Position numbers and translations under genes: made by a program. Of a stretch of DNA of 64,000 bases, positions 1-9,725 are shown piece after piece. The DNA comes from an uncultured virus (IMG/VR IMGVR_UViG_3300017752_000005) (taxonomy: Duplodnaviria; Heunggongvirae; Uroviricota; Caudoviricetes), in the IMG/VR virus record IMGVR_UViG_3300017752_000005; one strand, written 5' to 3'. The notes under the pieces are model-generated. The model was not told the origin of the DNA and searched no databases. It was given only the letters and a program-made list of their open reading frames with translations. How positions within the stretch are numbered: the first letter of the stretch is position 1; each line of letters opens with the position of its first letter.

Positions 1-92
1 AGATCAGAAAGCAAATCTGGTTCTAACTGAATTGTAGGAAGCTCAAGACCAGCGGGTTCACAATCATCGTATATTTTAAAATCGTCAAACAT
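1..92 (-). CDS. N-terminus of an ORF truncated by the window edge (MFDDFKIYDDCEPAGLELPTIQLEPDLLSD...), probably the catalytic part of a split DnaE-type DNA polymerase
   Basis: ATG at 92, 4 nt after the exonuclease stop; frame open to the edge. Function inferred only from position after the PHP and exonuclease genes. Confidence 0.45.
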   Translation of the reverse strand, partial: MFDDFKIYDDCEPAGLELPTIQLEPDLLSD

Positions 93-96
93 GTAT

Positions 97-717
97 TTAT
101 AATTCTAAAGCTTTTCTTAGGCATTTAAATAACTCCCAACATTTTTCGCTATCATAAAGTCCATCGTGAAGCTTGGTAGCATCGTGTTCGATACCAAAAT
201 ATTTCAACATAACGCCTTGGCTAACTTTAGCCTTTAGAGTCCGGTCATTTCTTAACTTATATTGCCAACTAAGCAACTCTCCATTTCTAGGTTTCTCCAA
301 ACCTTCTTTGTGAGCAGTGGAAAGACAACGAGTGTCAAGCAGTCTATCCATAAATGAAAAATCAGTAATGGGTTCACCACATAGTTCAGAAAGAATAGCT
401 GTAATATATACATCGAATCCAATAATGTTTTGGCCTACGATCATATACTTAGGGTTATATAGATACTTTTTTACTATTTCAAATGCTTGTTTAGGTGATA
501 CTTTTTCTCTGTCGTATTTACCTTGATCGAAACCAGTGAGTTTTTTAATCTTACTAGATAACTCCAAGTCAGGCCAATCAATATAAATCTGTTTTTTCTC
601 GACTATGTAATTACCTTTGCCGATAACAAAAGATACCTCCCAAGGTCGTGAAGACTTGTGATTTAATCCTTCAGTTTCAGTATCAAAAAGGAAATACAGT
701 TGATCAAATTTTAGCAT
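97..717 (-). CDS. DEDDh 3'-5' exonuclease (DnaQ/epsilon-like proofreading)
   Basis: ExoI FDTETEG, ExoII GQNIIGFD, ExoIII HDGLYD. Confidence 0.9.
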   Translation of the reverse strand: MLKFDQLYFLFDTETEGLNHKSSRPWEVSFVIGKGNYIVEKKQIYIDWPDLELSSKIKKLTGFDQGKYDREKVSPKQAFEIVKKYLYNPKYMIVGQNIIGFDVYITAILSELCGEPITDFSFMDRLLDTRCLSTAHKEGLEKPRNGELLSWQYKLRNDRTLKAKVSQGVMLKYFGIEHDATKLHDGLYDSEKCWELFKCLRKALEL

Positions 718-1388
718 ATCTTATTTTGTTTTTGGTAGCTTTCCCAACAAAATTCATCGCTACAAAAATCTTCTAGATTAGGATTATGAAATTCTGGAGA
801 CTTACCTTGTCTTCTGTTGCACACAGACTTATACCATTGAAAAGAAGGAAAGTCTTCCTTGTTTTGGTAGAAAATAGATTTGACTGACACAGCTTTATCT
901 GTCCATTTTTTTATAGCCCTTGAAATTTGATAGTCGAAGGGGTGTCTATTGCTTTCTTCAAAGAATACTGCATCATCAGGCAGGTTGATACTGAAGTCTC
1001 CAAAATTATGTAGACTTCTATGTATAAAGGAATCATAAAATGGAACAGCTACCTGCACACCGTTTAACTCAACCTCTCCAATCTTAAAAGCTTTATCTTC
1101 TCCAGTAAAAGCGTTTGTATAAATTCTTCTTAAAGTATCAATTCCTTGATTGTCTTTTGCAAAGAAAATAAGCTTACTAGAATCGCCACAGAGCTTTGTC
1201 TCGACTCTAAGACCAAAACGTAATGGCTTTTCTAATTCAAAAGACTTTTGTTTGGCTTTTCTAAAGCCAGCCATAGAATCCTCCACAAGAACGATCTCGT
1301 CTAAATCTTTGCCAATCTCAAAAATTTTTTCGAAAGAAAGGCTTGAACGCCCGTCCATTGAAAAATGCGATTTAAATAATGGAATCAT
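711..1388 (-). CDS. Stand-alone PHP domain of DNA polymerase III alpha (DnaE N-terminus)
   Basis: MIPLFKSHFS...EDSMAGF...PLRFGLRV...LIFFAKDNQGIDTL follows the DnaE PHP pattern. Start moved to ATG at 1388 to remove the overlap with the upstream gene. Confidence 0.75.
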   Translation of the reverse strand: MIPLFKSHFSMDGRSSLSFEKIFEIGKDLDEIVLVEDSMAGFRKAKQKSFELEKPLRFGLRVETKLCGDSSKLIFFAKDNQGIDTLRRIYTNAFTGEDKAFKIGEVELNGVQVAVPFYDSFIHRSLHNFGDFSINLPDDAVFFEESNRHPFDYQISRAIKKWTDKAVSVKSIFYQNKEDFPSFQWYKSVCNRRQGKSPEFHNPNLEDFCSDEFCWESYQKQNKIC

Positions 1389-1398
1389 TATAATGATG

Positions 1399-2604
1399 TT
1401 ACCATAGGTCTTCGCTAAAGTCAATATCCTTTAGTTGTTTTTTTTCTGATAGTCCTTTGTCGGCAGCTTTTTTCGCTATATCTTTATTATAATCAAGGAA
1501 CTGATACTTAGGACAGCCTTCATAAAATTTTCTTTCTATTTTCTGTCCCTTTGTCGGCTTAGGAAGCTCCTTTTTTAAATCAGAAGTTTTGATAACAGAA
1601 CCGTCTTCATCACAAATCGCCCAATAGAATTTAGCAAACTTATATTGACAACCCCACATGATAGAGCCGTCTTTTTTCTTGTGTGTTGGAGAGTCTGCTC
1701 GACCACAAATTAATTGACCCGAAAAGCCATAATATTTATCAGGATAGCCTTTGTCTTTTGCAAAGTTGTCTCTTGCTAGGTCTTCGTTAAAGTTATCAAT
1801 AACTTTTTGAACATCTGTTAAATAATACTCAAACCCTTTTAATTCTGCTGCTGTTACATCAGGTGTAATAATAACACCTGCATCACTGTAATCAATGTTA
1901 AGAGAGCTACCTTTTTCTTTTAGTCTCCTTTTCTCTTCTTGCTCTGTTCTTCCATATTCTTCACCCGAACAGTCGTATTGCATAAAAACAAACTCCATTC
2001 TCTTAACTAAATATTCTGGATATAAATGCCACTGAGCAAGCCTATACATTAAATCTTGAACATTATCAATAAACTCCTTGCCTTCAAATTTTCTTTTAGA
2101 GCTTTTAAAGTCACGGATAATTGACTCTTTCTTCTCTTTAAACAAGAATAATTTATCAATAAAGCCTCTGATTCGATAAGAGATATCTCCTTCTACTTTT
2201 TCAATATTGAAATCTATTTCAGAAAAAGACTCGCTTGGCTTTGCGTTTAACTTTTGCTCTCCGAAAAAATCATAGTTAATTCCTTCAATTAACATCTTGT
2301 CCAAGATCGAACCAAACTCTTCTAATGTTAAACCTCTATTTGTAATGTAAGAAGAAAGGTATCTATGCACAACAGGGCATGATTCCATACATTGCCCTTT
2401 GACTAGCTGATTATATAACTTTTTGTGTCTAGGGTTGCCTAAACACTCATAAACATTATGCAATGCGCTTCCCATGATCGAACCGCTGTTCTGCTGATCG
2501 GGAAGGTTTAAATGATAATTGCACCAATAAATCCAACTGCAAGAGTCTAGTGTTTTTATTCTACTCGCAGATAAGGCTTTGATGGGTCTTGTTGTATCAG
2601 CCAT
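1399..2604 (-). CDS. PD-(D/E)XK exonuclease, RecB/AddB/Cas4-like
   Basis: LSASRIKTLDSC, GSALHNVYE, RGFIDKL, IRDFKSS, QDLMY; Cys residues at both ends suggest an Fe-S or Zn staple. Confidence 0.85.
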   Translation of the reverse strand: MADTTRPIKALSASRIKTLDSCSWIYWCNYHLNLPDQQNSGSIMGSALHNVYECLGNPRHKKLYNQLVKGQCMESCPVVHRYLSSYITNRGLTLEEFGSILDKMLIEGINYDFFGEQKLNAKPSESFSEIDFNIEKVEGDISYRIRGFIDKLFLFKEKKESIIRDFKSSKRKFEGKEFIDNVQDLMYRLAQWHLYPEYLVKRMEFVFMQYDCSGEEYGRTEQEEKRRLKEKGSSLNIDYSDAGVIITPDVTAAELKGFEYYLTDVQKVIDNFNEDLARDNFAKDKGYPDKYYGFSGQLICGRADSPTHKKKDGSIMWGCQYKFAKFYWAICDEDGSVIKTSDLKKELPKPTKGQKIERKFYEGCPKYQFLDYNKDIAKKAADKGLSEKKQLKDIDFSEDLW

Positions 2605-3631
2605 ATAAAAATGCCCATTCTTTTTTAAGCTTGCTAACTTTTGTCCGTAATCCTTTCGGTATCTTAGCGTTAGGTGCGTAGTCTATCAACCTCTTTATAC
2701 AGTCTTTATGAAAATCTGAATTTAAATTTAAGTTTTGTTGGTATTCTTTTAAATTACCTCCATTTTTAATTATTTCTCCAAAATCCTCTGCTGGAGGTGG
2801 GTAAAACCAAATTTTTTCTAGATCGACTTGATCCATAAGCTTCAAGCAAGAAGACAACGCACCGTCAAAACCCCTGTTCTGCCCTTCATCATTGTTAAAC
2901 GCTAATATAATATTAGTATTTAAAGTAGCTAGGCGAGATACTTGTCTTGTGTTTAAGACGTTTGTAAAAGCAACCATATGATTCCTCATGCCCTGTTGGG
3001 TCATAGCCAAAGAATCACCAATGCTTTCAATAACAAAAATTGAATTTTCTTTAATTATTTGATCGGCAACACCTTCTAAAGAAAAGAATGGGTAAAACCA
3101 GTCTGCGCTTTTACCGTAGTGCAACCACTTCGGTCTAGCGTCATCGTTTGCTGGTTCATAGCCCAATCGACCAGAGAAGCCATGAATGCGCCCATCTTCT
3201 CTGTGAATAGGAAAAACGACCCTCTGGTAAAACTTTCCGCTACTTGCAAGACCTGATTTATACTCTTTTAGAACTTCGGTAGAAATGCCCCTGTTTATGT
3301 AAAAAGAATAATCTGGCAATAGTTTTTGCAGACTTGAGTTTGGGAATGTCTTTTCTTCTTTCAAAAATTCCTTTTTGTTATTTGTTGAAAATGAGGTAGT
3401 GCCACTTAGATATTTAGAAACATCGTTGGTATTTAAAGTTTTTTTTAGCAGTATTTCAAATGGCAAAGGCTTGTTACCTTCCACAAAATCGCTCCATACT
3501 CCAGAGTCTTTATAAATTCTAAGAGCGGTTTTATTGTCTCCATCTCGAAAGATAGCACTTGTCTGCCAATAGGTTCCTCTATCCTCAAGATTGTATCCTA
3601 TTTCTCTTAAAATAGACGCTCTATCAATCAT
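2597..3631 (-). CDS. DNA primase (DnaG-like, TOPRIM)
   Basis: RVVFPIH..DGRIHGFSGR, PKWLH, VIESIGD, AFNND; adjacent to helicase. Confidence 0.85.
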   Translation of the reverse strand: MIDRASILREIGYNLEDRGTYWQTSAIFRDGDNKTALRIYKDSGVWSDFVEGNKPLPFEILLKKTLNTNDVSKYLSGTTSFSTNNKKEFLKEEKTFPNSSLQKLLPDYSFYINRGISTEVLKEYKSGLASSGKFYQRVVFPIHREDGRIHGFSGRLGYEPANDDARPKWLHYGKSADWFYPFFSLEGVADQIIKENSIFVIESIGDSLAMTQQGMRNHMVAFTNVLNTRQVSRLATLNTNIILAFNNDEGQNRGFDGALSSCLKLMDQVDLEKIWFYPPPAEDFGEIIKNGGNLKEYQQNLNLNSDFHKDCIKRLIDYAPNAKIPKGLRTKVSKLKKEWAFLYG

Positions 3632-3643
3632 AAATTAAAACTT

Positions 3644-5182
3644 CTAATTAAAACCTGCTGGCAATCCAGAGTCTTGCGCTTCATCGTTAACAAAAATATC
3701 TTCTCCCCTTGAGTTTCTGACGATATCTCTTAGGTCACCCCTGTCTTCTACATTGAAATTGGAAAAATGTAAGTTTACAAAGTTATTTCTATTATTTCCC
3801 TCTACATCCTCTACAGGCTCTAAATGTCCGAAAGCATCTTCTCCCAAGTGTCTTGCGGCCAAACAAATTAGTTTGTGAGTGCCAAAATGATCTCCCTCTG
3901 TAACCCTTTCATCTATTGTTTTCTTCCTAAGAAGGAAAAGATGCGAGACAAACTGAATAATATTATCTGACAACCCAATGACAGATTCATCTTCCACAAT
4001 GGAGTCAGAGTCCCTGTTATTTGTAATACCTAATCTATTTGTTTGAACAGAAGTCACCATAGCAACACATGGATTGCCGTCGAATTTTAATTCTCTACTA
4101 ATAAGCTGTTTGAAATCGTGCAGAGTCTTACCTACAAAGGCCCAACCCGCTCCTTTATCAAGATTTCCAAAATCTGTTTTCAAGTAATCAAAAGAAAAGA
4201 TTAGAGGATTGCCTCTACCTACATCGCTGTAATAATATCTCTTCAGAAGCGAACACATTTCATCAGAACTCATACCGGCAACATTGTGGTAAAGAATCTT
4301 AATCTTCTTCATTTTATCCCAAACATTACGGACCCGCTCTACGACCTCTTGCGCTGTCCAATCTTTATATGCAGTGTGTCTCCACTTACCGCTTTCAAGC
4401 AAGTGAACAGGGATTCCAGACGCTCCAGAAACCATTCGGAACACAAGTTCTTCTTCGCTCATTTCTCCATTATCAAAATGTAGAATTGGAACACCATGTT
4501 CGTATGAGATTTTTAACAACATATCTATCAATAGAGATGTTTTTCCGACCTTTGCTCTCGCCGCTACACAAGTAATGTTTCCCGCTCTAACTAGAGAGCC
4601 GTAAATTTTATTTAGGGTCTGATATGGACCCATAAGCCCAACTTCCTCTGGAGGGTTATCTCCCCTATCTTCGACAATCTGTTCTGCAATGTCGGCTAAG
4701 TTGACAAGTTTTTCATCACCCATTTCAAAAGCAGATACTCCATCATTGTAAATTTTATCCATACCGTCAACCAATTGATTATATGGCATTGATGGGTCTG
4801 CCTTCTTGACATACCTTTGAAGCTTTTCAGAGATATTGAAACCTTCTCTCCTGATAGACACTTTCTTTAGTTCTCTAACAGAGGATAAAAAGTTATCGGC
4901 TGTTACCTTCATAAAGGTAAGGTTTTGAATATAATCAGTTATGTCAATTGAATCAGGGAATGTCATCCCTAACTGTTTAACCCGATAAATTAAAATTGTT
5001 TCGTCAATAGACTCTGCATTGTCTAATGCAGATTTAAGCATTCTAAAGATCGTTACGTTTACTTTTGAGTCCTCAAAGTAAAAGTCTTCATCTGTTAAGA
5101 TGTTAGAAACCTGACCCCAAGCCTCTTGATGTTGTAATATACCAGATATTACTTTTTTTTCTAATTCAAAACTTTTTATCAT
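3644..5182 (-). CDS. dnaB: Replicative DNA helicase, DnaB-like
   Basis: Walker A ARAKVGKTS, GEMS, FDYLK, VQTNR, plus a DnaB-like N-terminal domain. Confidence 0.9.
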   Translation of the reverse strand: MIKSFELEKKVISGILQHQEAWGQVSNILTDEDFYFEDSKVNVTIFRMLKSALDNAESIDETILIYRVKQLGMTFPDSIDITDYIQNLTFMKVTADNFLSSVRELKKVSIRREGFNISEKLQRYVKKADPSMPYNQLVDGMDKIYNDGVSAFEMGDEKLVNLADIAEQIVEDRGDNPPEEVGLMGPYQTLNKIYGSLVRAGNITCVAARAKVGKTSLLIDMLLKISYEHGVPILHFDNGEMSEEELVFRMVSGASGIPVHLLESGKWRHTAYKDWTAQEVVERVRNVWDKMKKIKILYHNVAGMSSDEMCSLLKRYYYSDVGRGNPLIFSFDYLKTDFGNLDKGAGWAFVGKTLHDFKQLISRELKFDGNPCVAMVTSVQTNRLGITNNRDSDSIVEDESVIGLSDNIIQFVSHLFLLRKKTIDERVTEGDHFGTHKLICLAARHLGEDAFGHLEPVEDVEGNNRNNFVNLHFSNFNVEDRGDLRDIVRNSRGEDIFVNDEAQDSGLPAGFN

Positions 5183-5466
5183 TTGTTTGAATCTCCTTCT
5201 TCGTCAATGTCAATTCCAATACTACCCATCCACTCTGATTGCTCCATAGATAATTTAAACATATCAATAGATTTTTCCAAGGCAAATCTTACAGCATTAT
5301 TTTCAAACTTCATAACCGCAAATGGATTACCCTGTTCATTGATATAGAAAAGAACAAAGCCTTTATTACCTCCGTAAGTGCTTCCTGTTCTGTCGAACAA
5401 TTTAGTAAGCTGCACTTCTGGAATTGTGTTTGCATCATTCTTGATGTTATCAATATCATCTTTCAT
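5179..5466 (-). CDS. Hypothetical protein
   Basis: 95-aa ORF with 4-nt overlaps to both neighbours. Confidence 0.75.
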   Translation of the reverse strand: MKDDIDNIKNDANTIPEVQLTKLFDRTGSTYGGNKGFVLFYINEQGNPFAVMKFENNAVRFALEKSIDMFKLSMEQSEWMGSIGIDIDEEGDSNK

Positions 5467-5864
5467 AAATCTAATTCAGACAAAATGTGTTTATAATCTT
5501 CTCCCTCTCTTACCCTATGTAGTTTGATCCCATTAAGGTCACAAAATTTTTCTTTATCGTTATCTCGTTTGAGTTGCTGTAAAAAATTGAACCTGTTTTG
5601 CCCATGAAAAAATTTGTTATATCTGTAATGCTGATGCCCATCAACTTCTAATACAATATTTTTTGTAGCATTGTAAAAATCAAAATTCAATCTTGTTCCA
5701 GCTACAGGAAACTCTTCATAAACTATATCAGCTTCCCAATATTTTGCAAGCTCTTTCTTTACAGACCTCTGTAGTTTGGAAAGAGAATTACCTTGCCAGT
5801 CTATTTTATAGACATAACTTTTTTTGACTTTAACTTCTCGACCAGCCAAGCTTTTAAAGGTCAT
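5463..5864 (-). CDS. DUF559/Vsr-like endonuclease
   Basis: YEEFPV...FDFY...LEVDGHQH...RDNDKEKFCDLNGIKLHRV. Confidence 0.8.
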   Translation of the reverse strand: MTFKSLAGREVKVKKSYVYKIDWQGNSLSKLQRSVKKELAKYWEADIVYEEFPVAGTRLNFDFYNATKNIVLEVDGHQHYRYNKFFHGQNRFNFLQQLKRDNDKEKFCDLNGIKLHRVREGEDYKHILSELDL

Positions 5865-6991
5865 ACATTTAAAATGTTCTTATCGCAAAAGTCATTAAGC
5901 TTATCTGTTAGCTCTGAATCTTTCTCTAAGAGATCATAAATAGATTCAATGCCTTGAAGCTTTATCGGTTCATCTAGTTTTAGACTATCAGTTAGCTCTT
6001 CGCTAGAAGAAAACCAAGATCCTTTCTTTTCAAAGAAGCCCCACTGAAGAAGAAGGTCTACGATTTCCCTCTCTACCCACACTGAAGACTTTCCTACTCT
6101 TCCGAACTTAACTGGATACTGGATAACAATCATGGAAGTTTCATTTGTTGACTTCCAGATTTTTACTTTTGCCAATTGACCTATAGGTTTTTTTGCAAGA
6201 GTCAACTCGCCTTCTCCCGCGCCTTTGGGTAGAATTTTTTCTGTAGGTCTTGGTCGCTGAAATTCAAAAACCCAATCTGGATAATGGACGGCAGCATTGC
6301 CGCCAGAAGCTCCTCCTAATTTATTTTTGTCTTTAGCTTCGTATTGCCCTTTAATCTCAGCACGAACTTGGCCCATCATAATGCACAAATGTCCACGTTT
6401 AGCCATGTAGCCATTTGTTCTTCTAAGAAAGTCGCCCGTCATAACTGCACCAGCAGCGATCTTAGCTGCATCTGAAGTTGACTTTTTCAAAGCCGCTTCT
6501 GGTAGAAGCCCATCCATGCTGTCAATGATAACACAATAACGAGTTTTATCAGAGTGTTTCGTAACTAACTCACGCAACCAATCAAAAACTGTCTCATAAA
6601 TATTGCACTCAAAAACCAAAACTGTTCCATCCACCCAATCTTTTGGATGATAAACAAATGTTGATCGACATCTTTCTTTCATCTTATCTGAAAGCCGCCC
6701 TTCTGCCAAGACAAATATACCTTTGGAGTTTTCCAAAGTTTCAAGGTAGTTAGCTTGAATCTCAAGAGCCTCAGAGGTTTTACCGCCTTCTGTTGGGCCT
6801 ACAAAACGAACCAATCCAGATTGCAAACCACCATCAACAGCTAGATCAAAAATCTTAGAGCCTGTTGAAATTTTATAGTTGCCCCTAAACTCTTCAAAAT
6901 TTGTATGCAATTCTTTGTTAGAATTAAAATACTTTTCTGTAAACTCCTGATCTTTAGACAGGCTAACTTCTGCTTCCTTTACCTTACTCAT
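5861..6991 (-). CDS. recA: RecA/UvsX-like recombinase
   Basis: ISTGS..D..GGL, Walker A GPTEGGKTS, IIDSMDGL, GQVR, SGGNA, C-terminal KKGSWF. Confidence 0.88.
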   Translation of the reverse strand: MSKVKEAEVSLSKDQEFTEKYFNSNKELHTNFEEFRGNYKISTGSKIFDLAVDGGLQSGLVRFVGPTEGGKTSEALEIQANYLETLENSKGIFVLAEGRLSDKMKERCRSTFVYHPKDWVDGTVLVFECNIYETVFDWLRELVTKHSDKTRYCVIIDSMDGLLPEAALKKSTSDAAKIAAGAVMTGDFLRRTNGYMAKRGHLCIMMGQVRAEIKGQYEAKDKNKLGGASGGNAAVHYPDWVFEFQRPRPTEKILPKGAGEGELTLAKKPIGQLAKVKIWKSTNETSMIVIQYPVKFGRVGKSSVWVEREIVDLLLQWGFFEKKGSWFSSSEELTDSLKLDEPIKLQGIESIYDLLEKDSELTDKLNDFCDKNILNV

Positions 6992-7319
6992 TTAAAAACT
7001 CTCTAAATCCTTTCTTTCTTTTACCGTTCCAGTCTTCACCGACCTTATCCTTCTGCTCTATTATAAGATGTTTTTCTGGCTTGTAAAGCCAAATCTTCTC
7101 TTGTAATGAAAGATATTTCTTACCGTCCTGACTTATTAAGTAAGCCAAAGAATTAAGCTCAAAAGGTGGCGATACCACTTTGAGAAAATCAATATTGTAA
7201 GAAGAAAAGATTTCTTTAGTAAACTTCATCTCCCTAGCGTATGCACCCTTGGGTTGCTCCGCAAGCATACGGGCAATGAAATCTCTCCTCTCTTGAAAAT
7301 ATGTAGGTTCTTTAGCCAC
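6984..7319 (-). CDS. Hypothetical protein
   Basis: 111-aa ORF overlapping both neighbours by 8 nt. Confidence 0.75.
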   Translation of the reverse strand: MAKEPTYFQERRDFIARMLAEQPKGAYAREMKFTKEIFSSYNIDFLKVVSPPFELNSLAYLISQDGKKYLSLQEKIWLYKPEKHLIIEQKDKVGEDWNGKRKKGFREFLNE

Positions 7320-8370
7320 TTAGATCGCTTTCTACCATTTTACGAACTAAATTTTTAAAGTTTGTTTTTGGTTCCCAACCTAATTCTTTTCTTGCTGGCG
7401 TAGAATCTCCAAGTAGTAATTCTACCTCTGCTGGTCTATAAAATTTTGGATTGATACTTACCACAACCATTTCCTCGCCATCGTCTTTAATATGACAATA
7501 AGTTTCCTCAATACCTTTTCCGCGCCAAGCGCAATATTTCAGACCCGAAGACCAAAAAGCTTCTTCTACAAAAGATCGAATACTATTTGTTTTTCCAGAA
7601 GCTAAAACATAATCTTTTGGTAAGCCTTCTGTTTGGTTTTGATTTAACATTTTCCAAACACCTTCCATGAAATCCTCTGCATCAGACCAATCACGTTTTG
7701 CATCGAGATTTCCAGGCTCCAATCTTTTGATTGGATATCCTTTTTGTAAAGCTTTAGACATCTCTGCTACGGCTTTGGATATTTTACGTGTTACAAACTC
7801 TTCTCCACGACGAACTCCTTCGTGATTAAAAAGAATGCCTTGAACAGCATAAAGGTTATAACTTTCCCTCCAGACTTTTATCAAATGATGAGCCGCGCAT
7901 TTAGAAACCCCATATGGAGAACGTGGTTTGAATGGATGCTCTATATCTTGAGGCGAGTAATCTACATCACCAAATTGCTCACTAGATCCAGCATTGTAAT
8001 ATCTACAATGAGGAACATATTTTCTAATTGCATCTAACTGATATAATACAGCCATAGCGTTAGTCATCATATGATTAACTGGCATATCCCAACTATTACC
8101 TACAAAAGAATTTGCAGCGAAGTTAATAAAATAATCAGGCTTTTCTTCTTGTATAACGTTTTCTACGTTAATTTGATCTGCTACATCGAGGTCAATAAGT
8201 TTGAATCTATCATTATCTGCAAGATGTTCAATATTCTTATGATTCTTAACGCTCAAGCGTCGAATGCCGCCAACAACTATATTATCAGTATTATTCAAAA
8301 GATAGTCTGCCATCAACGAACCATCTTGACCTGTCACACCTGTTATTAAAACTTTTTTCCTATCTTCCAT
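7312..8370 (-). CDS. gmd: GDP-mannose 4,6-dehydratase
   Basis: ITGVTGQDGS, SPYGVSK (YxxxK), GILFNHEGVRRGEEFVTRKI, GNLDAKRDW, RPAEVELLLGD. Confidence 0.95.
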   Translation of the reverse strand: MEDRKKVLITGVTGQDGSLMADYLLNNTDNIVVGGIRRLSVKNHKNIEHLADNDRFKLIDLDVADQINVENVIQEEKPDYFINFAANSFVGNSWDMPVNHMMTNAMAVLYQLDAIRKYVPHCRYYNAGSSEQFGDVDYSPQDIEHPFKPRSPYGVSKCAAHHLIKVWRESYNLYAVQGILFNHEGVRRGEEFVTRKISKAVAEMSKALQKGYPIKRLEPGNLDAKRDWSDAEDFMEGVWKMLNQNQTEGLPKDYVLASGKTNSIRSFVEEAFWSSGLKYCAWRGKGIEETYCHIKDDGEEMVVVSINPKFYRPAEVELLLGDSTPARKELGWEPKTNFKNLVRKMVESDLSG

Positions 8371-8848
8371 GATTTTGATGAAATTTATATTTGGCTTCTG
8401 CCTCTTTCCTCGCCTTTACCGCATCTTCTTTTTCTTTAAAAGACCCCAAGTAAATCTTTTTTCCGTTGGATTCTATGTTTGCACACCACTTTTTCTGTCC
8501 CTTATACCAATGAACCCCTACGTGACCAGAAGTATTATTGCGAGGGCGGCTTCGATTTTTTACATTTTCTTGATGAGATACTTCTCTTAAATTTTTTATT
8601 CTATTATCACCACGGTTGTGGTTAATATGGTCGATCTCATTTTCGGGCCACCTTCCATAATACCATAACCAAGCCAGCCTATGCCCTTTATAACCTTTTT
8701 TATCAATTCCAATAACCCTATACCCATAGGAGTCAATCCATCCCGCTTCTGATCCAGATTTAACATAATTCTTGTTATTTACCCTCCAAATAAACTTTCC
8801 GGTTTCGGGATTATAATCCAATAAAGATTTAAGATATTCTTGAGTCAT
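8360..8848 (-). mobile_element. Free-standing HNH homing endonuclease with C-terminal AP2 domain
   Basis: HRLAW, IDHINHNRGDNRIKNLR, NTSGHVGV..W.A.I...YLGSF...A..AR; likely start is ATG at 8848 (MTQEYLK). Confidence 0.9.
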
Positions 8849-8880
8849 TTCCACCAATCTAATATGTAATCTTTTCGACC

Positions 8881-8909
8881 ATTATAGTTGGGTTCATCTA
8901 ATCTGTCAA
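8881..8909 (-). promoter_or_regulatory. Perfect consensus sigma70 promoter TTGACA-N17-TATAAT
   Basis: Minus strand TTGACA gattagatgaacccaac TATAAT, upstream of the HNH gene. Confidence 0.85.
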
Positions 8910-8929
8910 TAGGATAATTTGAAGAAATA

Positions 8930-9709
8930 TCATCTTGTTTGTTCGTATGCTGGAAAATCTGGTTCGCATTTTTCTATTTCAAGAAGTTCTGGAGGTTCTT
9001 CTTTAATCATTTCGTAATAAGATTGATTAAATTGTAATTTATCGTCTTCCCATTTGTAAGAACATATTCCTCCATATCTCTTTTTCTGATATTCAATCTT
9101 TGCTTTTAAATACTCTTCGGTTCCGCACCAACTATAATGGATAGGATTGCATATATCTTTTGATATATTTTTTTCAGAAAAGGACTTGTAAGTAATTAAT
9201 TCCTTACGAACAACGTCTACATAATTTATATCGTTTTCGTAATAAAATTCGTGCATCAAGTATCTTTCACTTGGCTTGGTTCTAAATATTCTTGGTGGGT
9301 TAAAACCTTCTATATAATGATTTTTATCACCAACACAATTTTTAAATTCTATTCTGAATACAACATTATCTTTTGAATTATTAACAAGTTGTATGGTATC
9401 TTCAATTTCTTTTGCTGAATAAAACTCATCTTGATCTAGTATCCAAATTAGATCAACATTTCTTTCTTTTAAATATCTTAATGGGGCATTTCTAGAAAAA
9501 GAATCGTTTGCTTGATCTCCATAAGCTAAAAAATTTACTGGTATTTCCAACAATTGTTTTGATGTTTCAGTATCATTTTTATCCCAAAGCTCTGGATATT
9601 TAAAGGAAGAGGCAGCTATTACAACATCCTCCCTGTGTAGCCAAGGTTCCAATACTTGATGAGTATATTCTGGAAACCCGTAAAAATTACATAATAAGCC
9701 TATTTTCAT
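8930..9709 (-). CDS. Glycosyltransferase (GT-A/GT2-like)
   Basis: RNAPL..L, DLIWILDQDEFY (DxD), PRIFR, HYSW. Confidence 0.8.
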   Translation of the reverse strand: MKIGLLCNFYGFPEYTHQVLEPWLHREDVVIAASSFKYPELWDKNDTETSKQLLEIPVNFLAYGDQANDSFSRNAPLRYLKERNVDLIWILDQDEFYSAKEIEDTIQLVNNSKDNVVFRIEFKNCVGDKNHYIEGFNPPRIFRTKPSERYLMHEFYYENDINYVDVVRKELITYKSFSEKNISKDICNPIHYSWCGTEEYLKAKIEYQKKRYGGICSYKWEDDKLQFNQSYYEMIKEEPPELLEIEKCEPDFPAYEQTR

Positions 9710-9725
9710 TTTTTAATTAAAGTTG

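Noticed and set aside
1399..2604. Cas4-like nuclease as evidence of CRISPR-Cas
   Set aside because: No array or other cas genes; it sits in the replication operon, as is common for phage RecB-family exonucleases.
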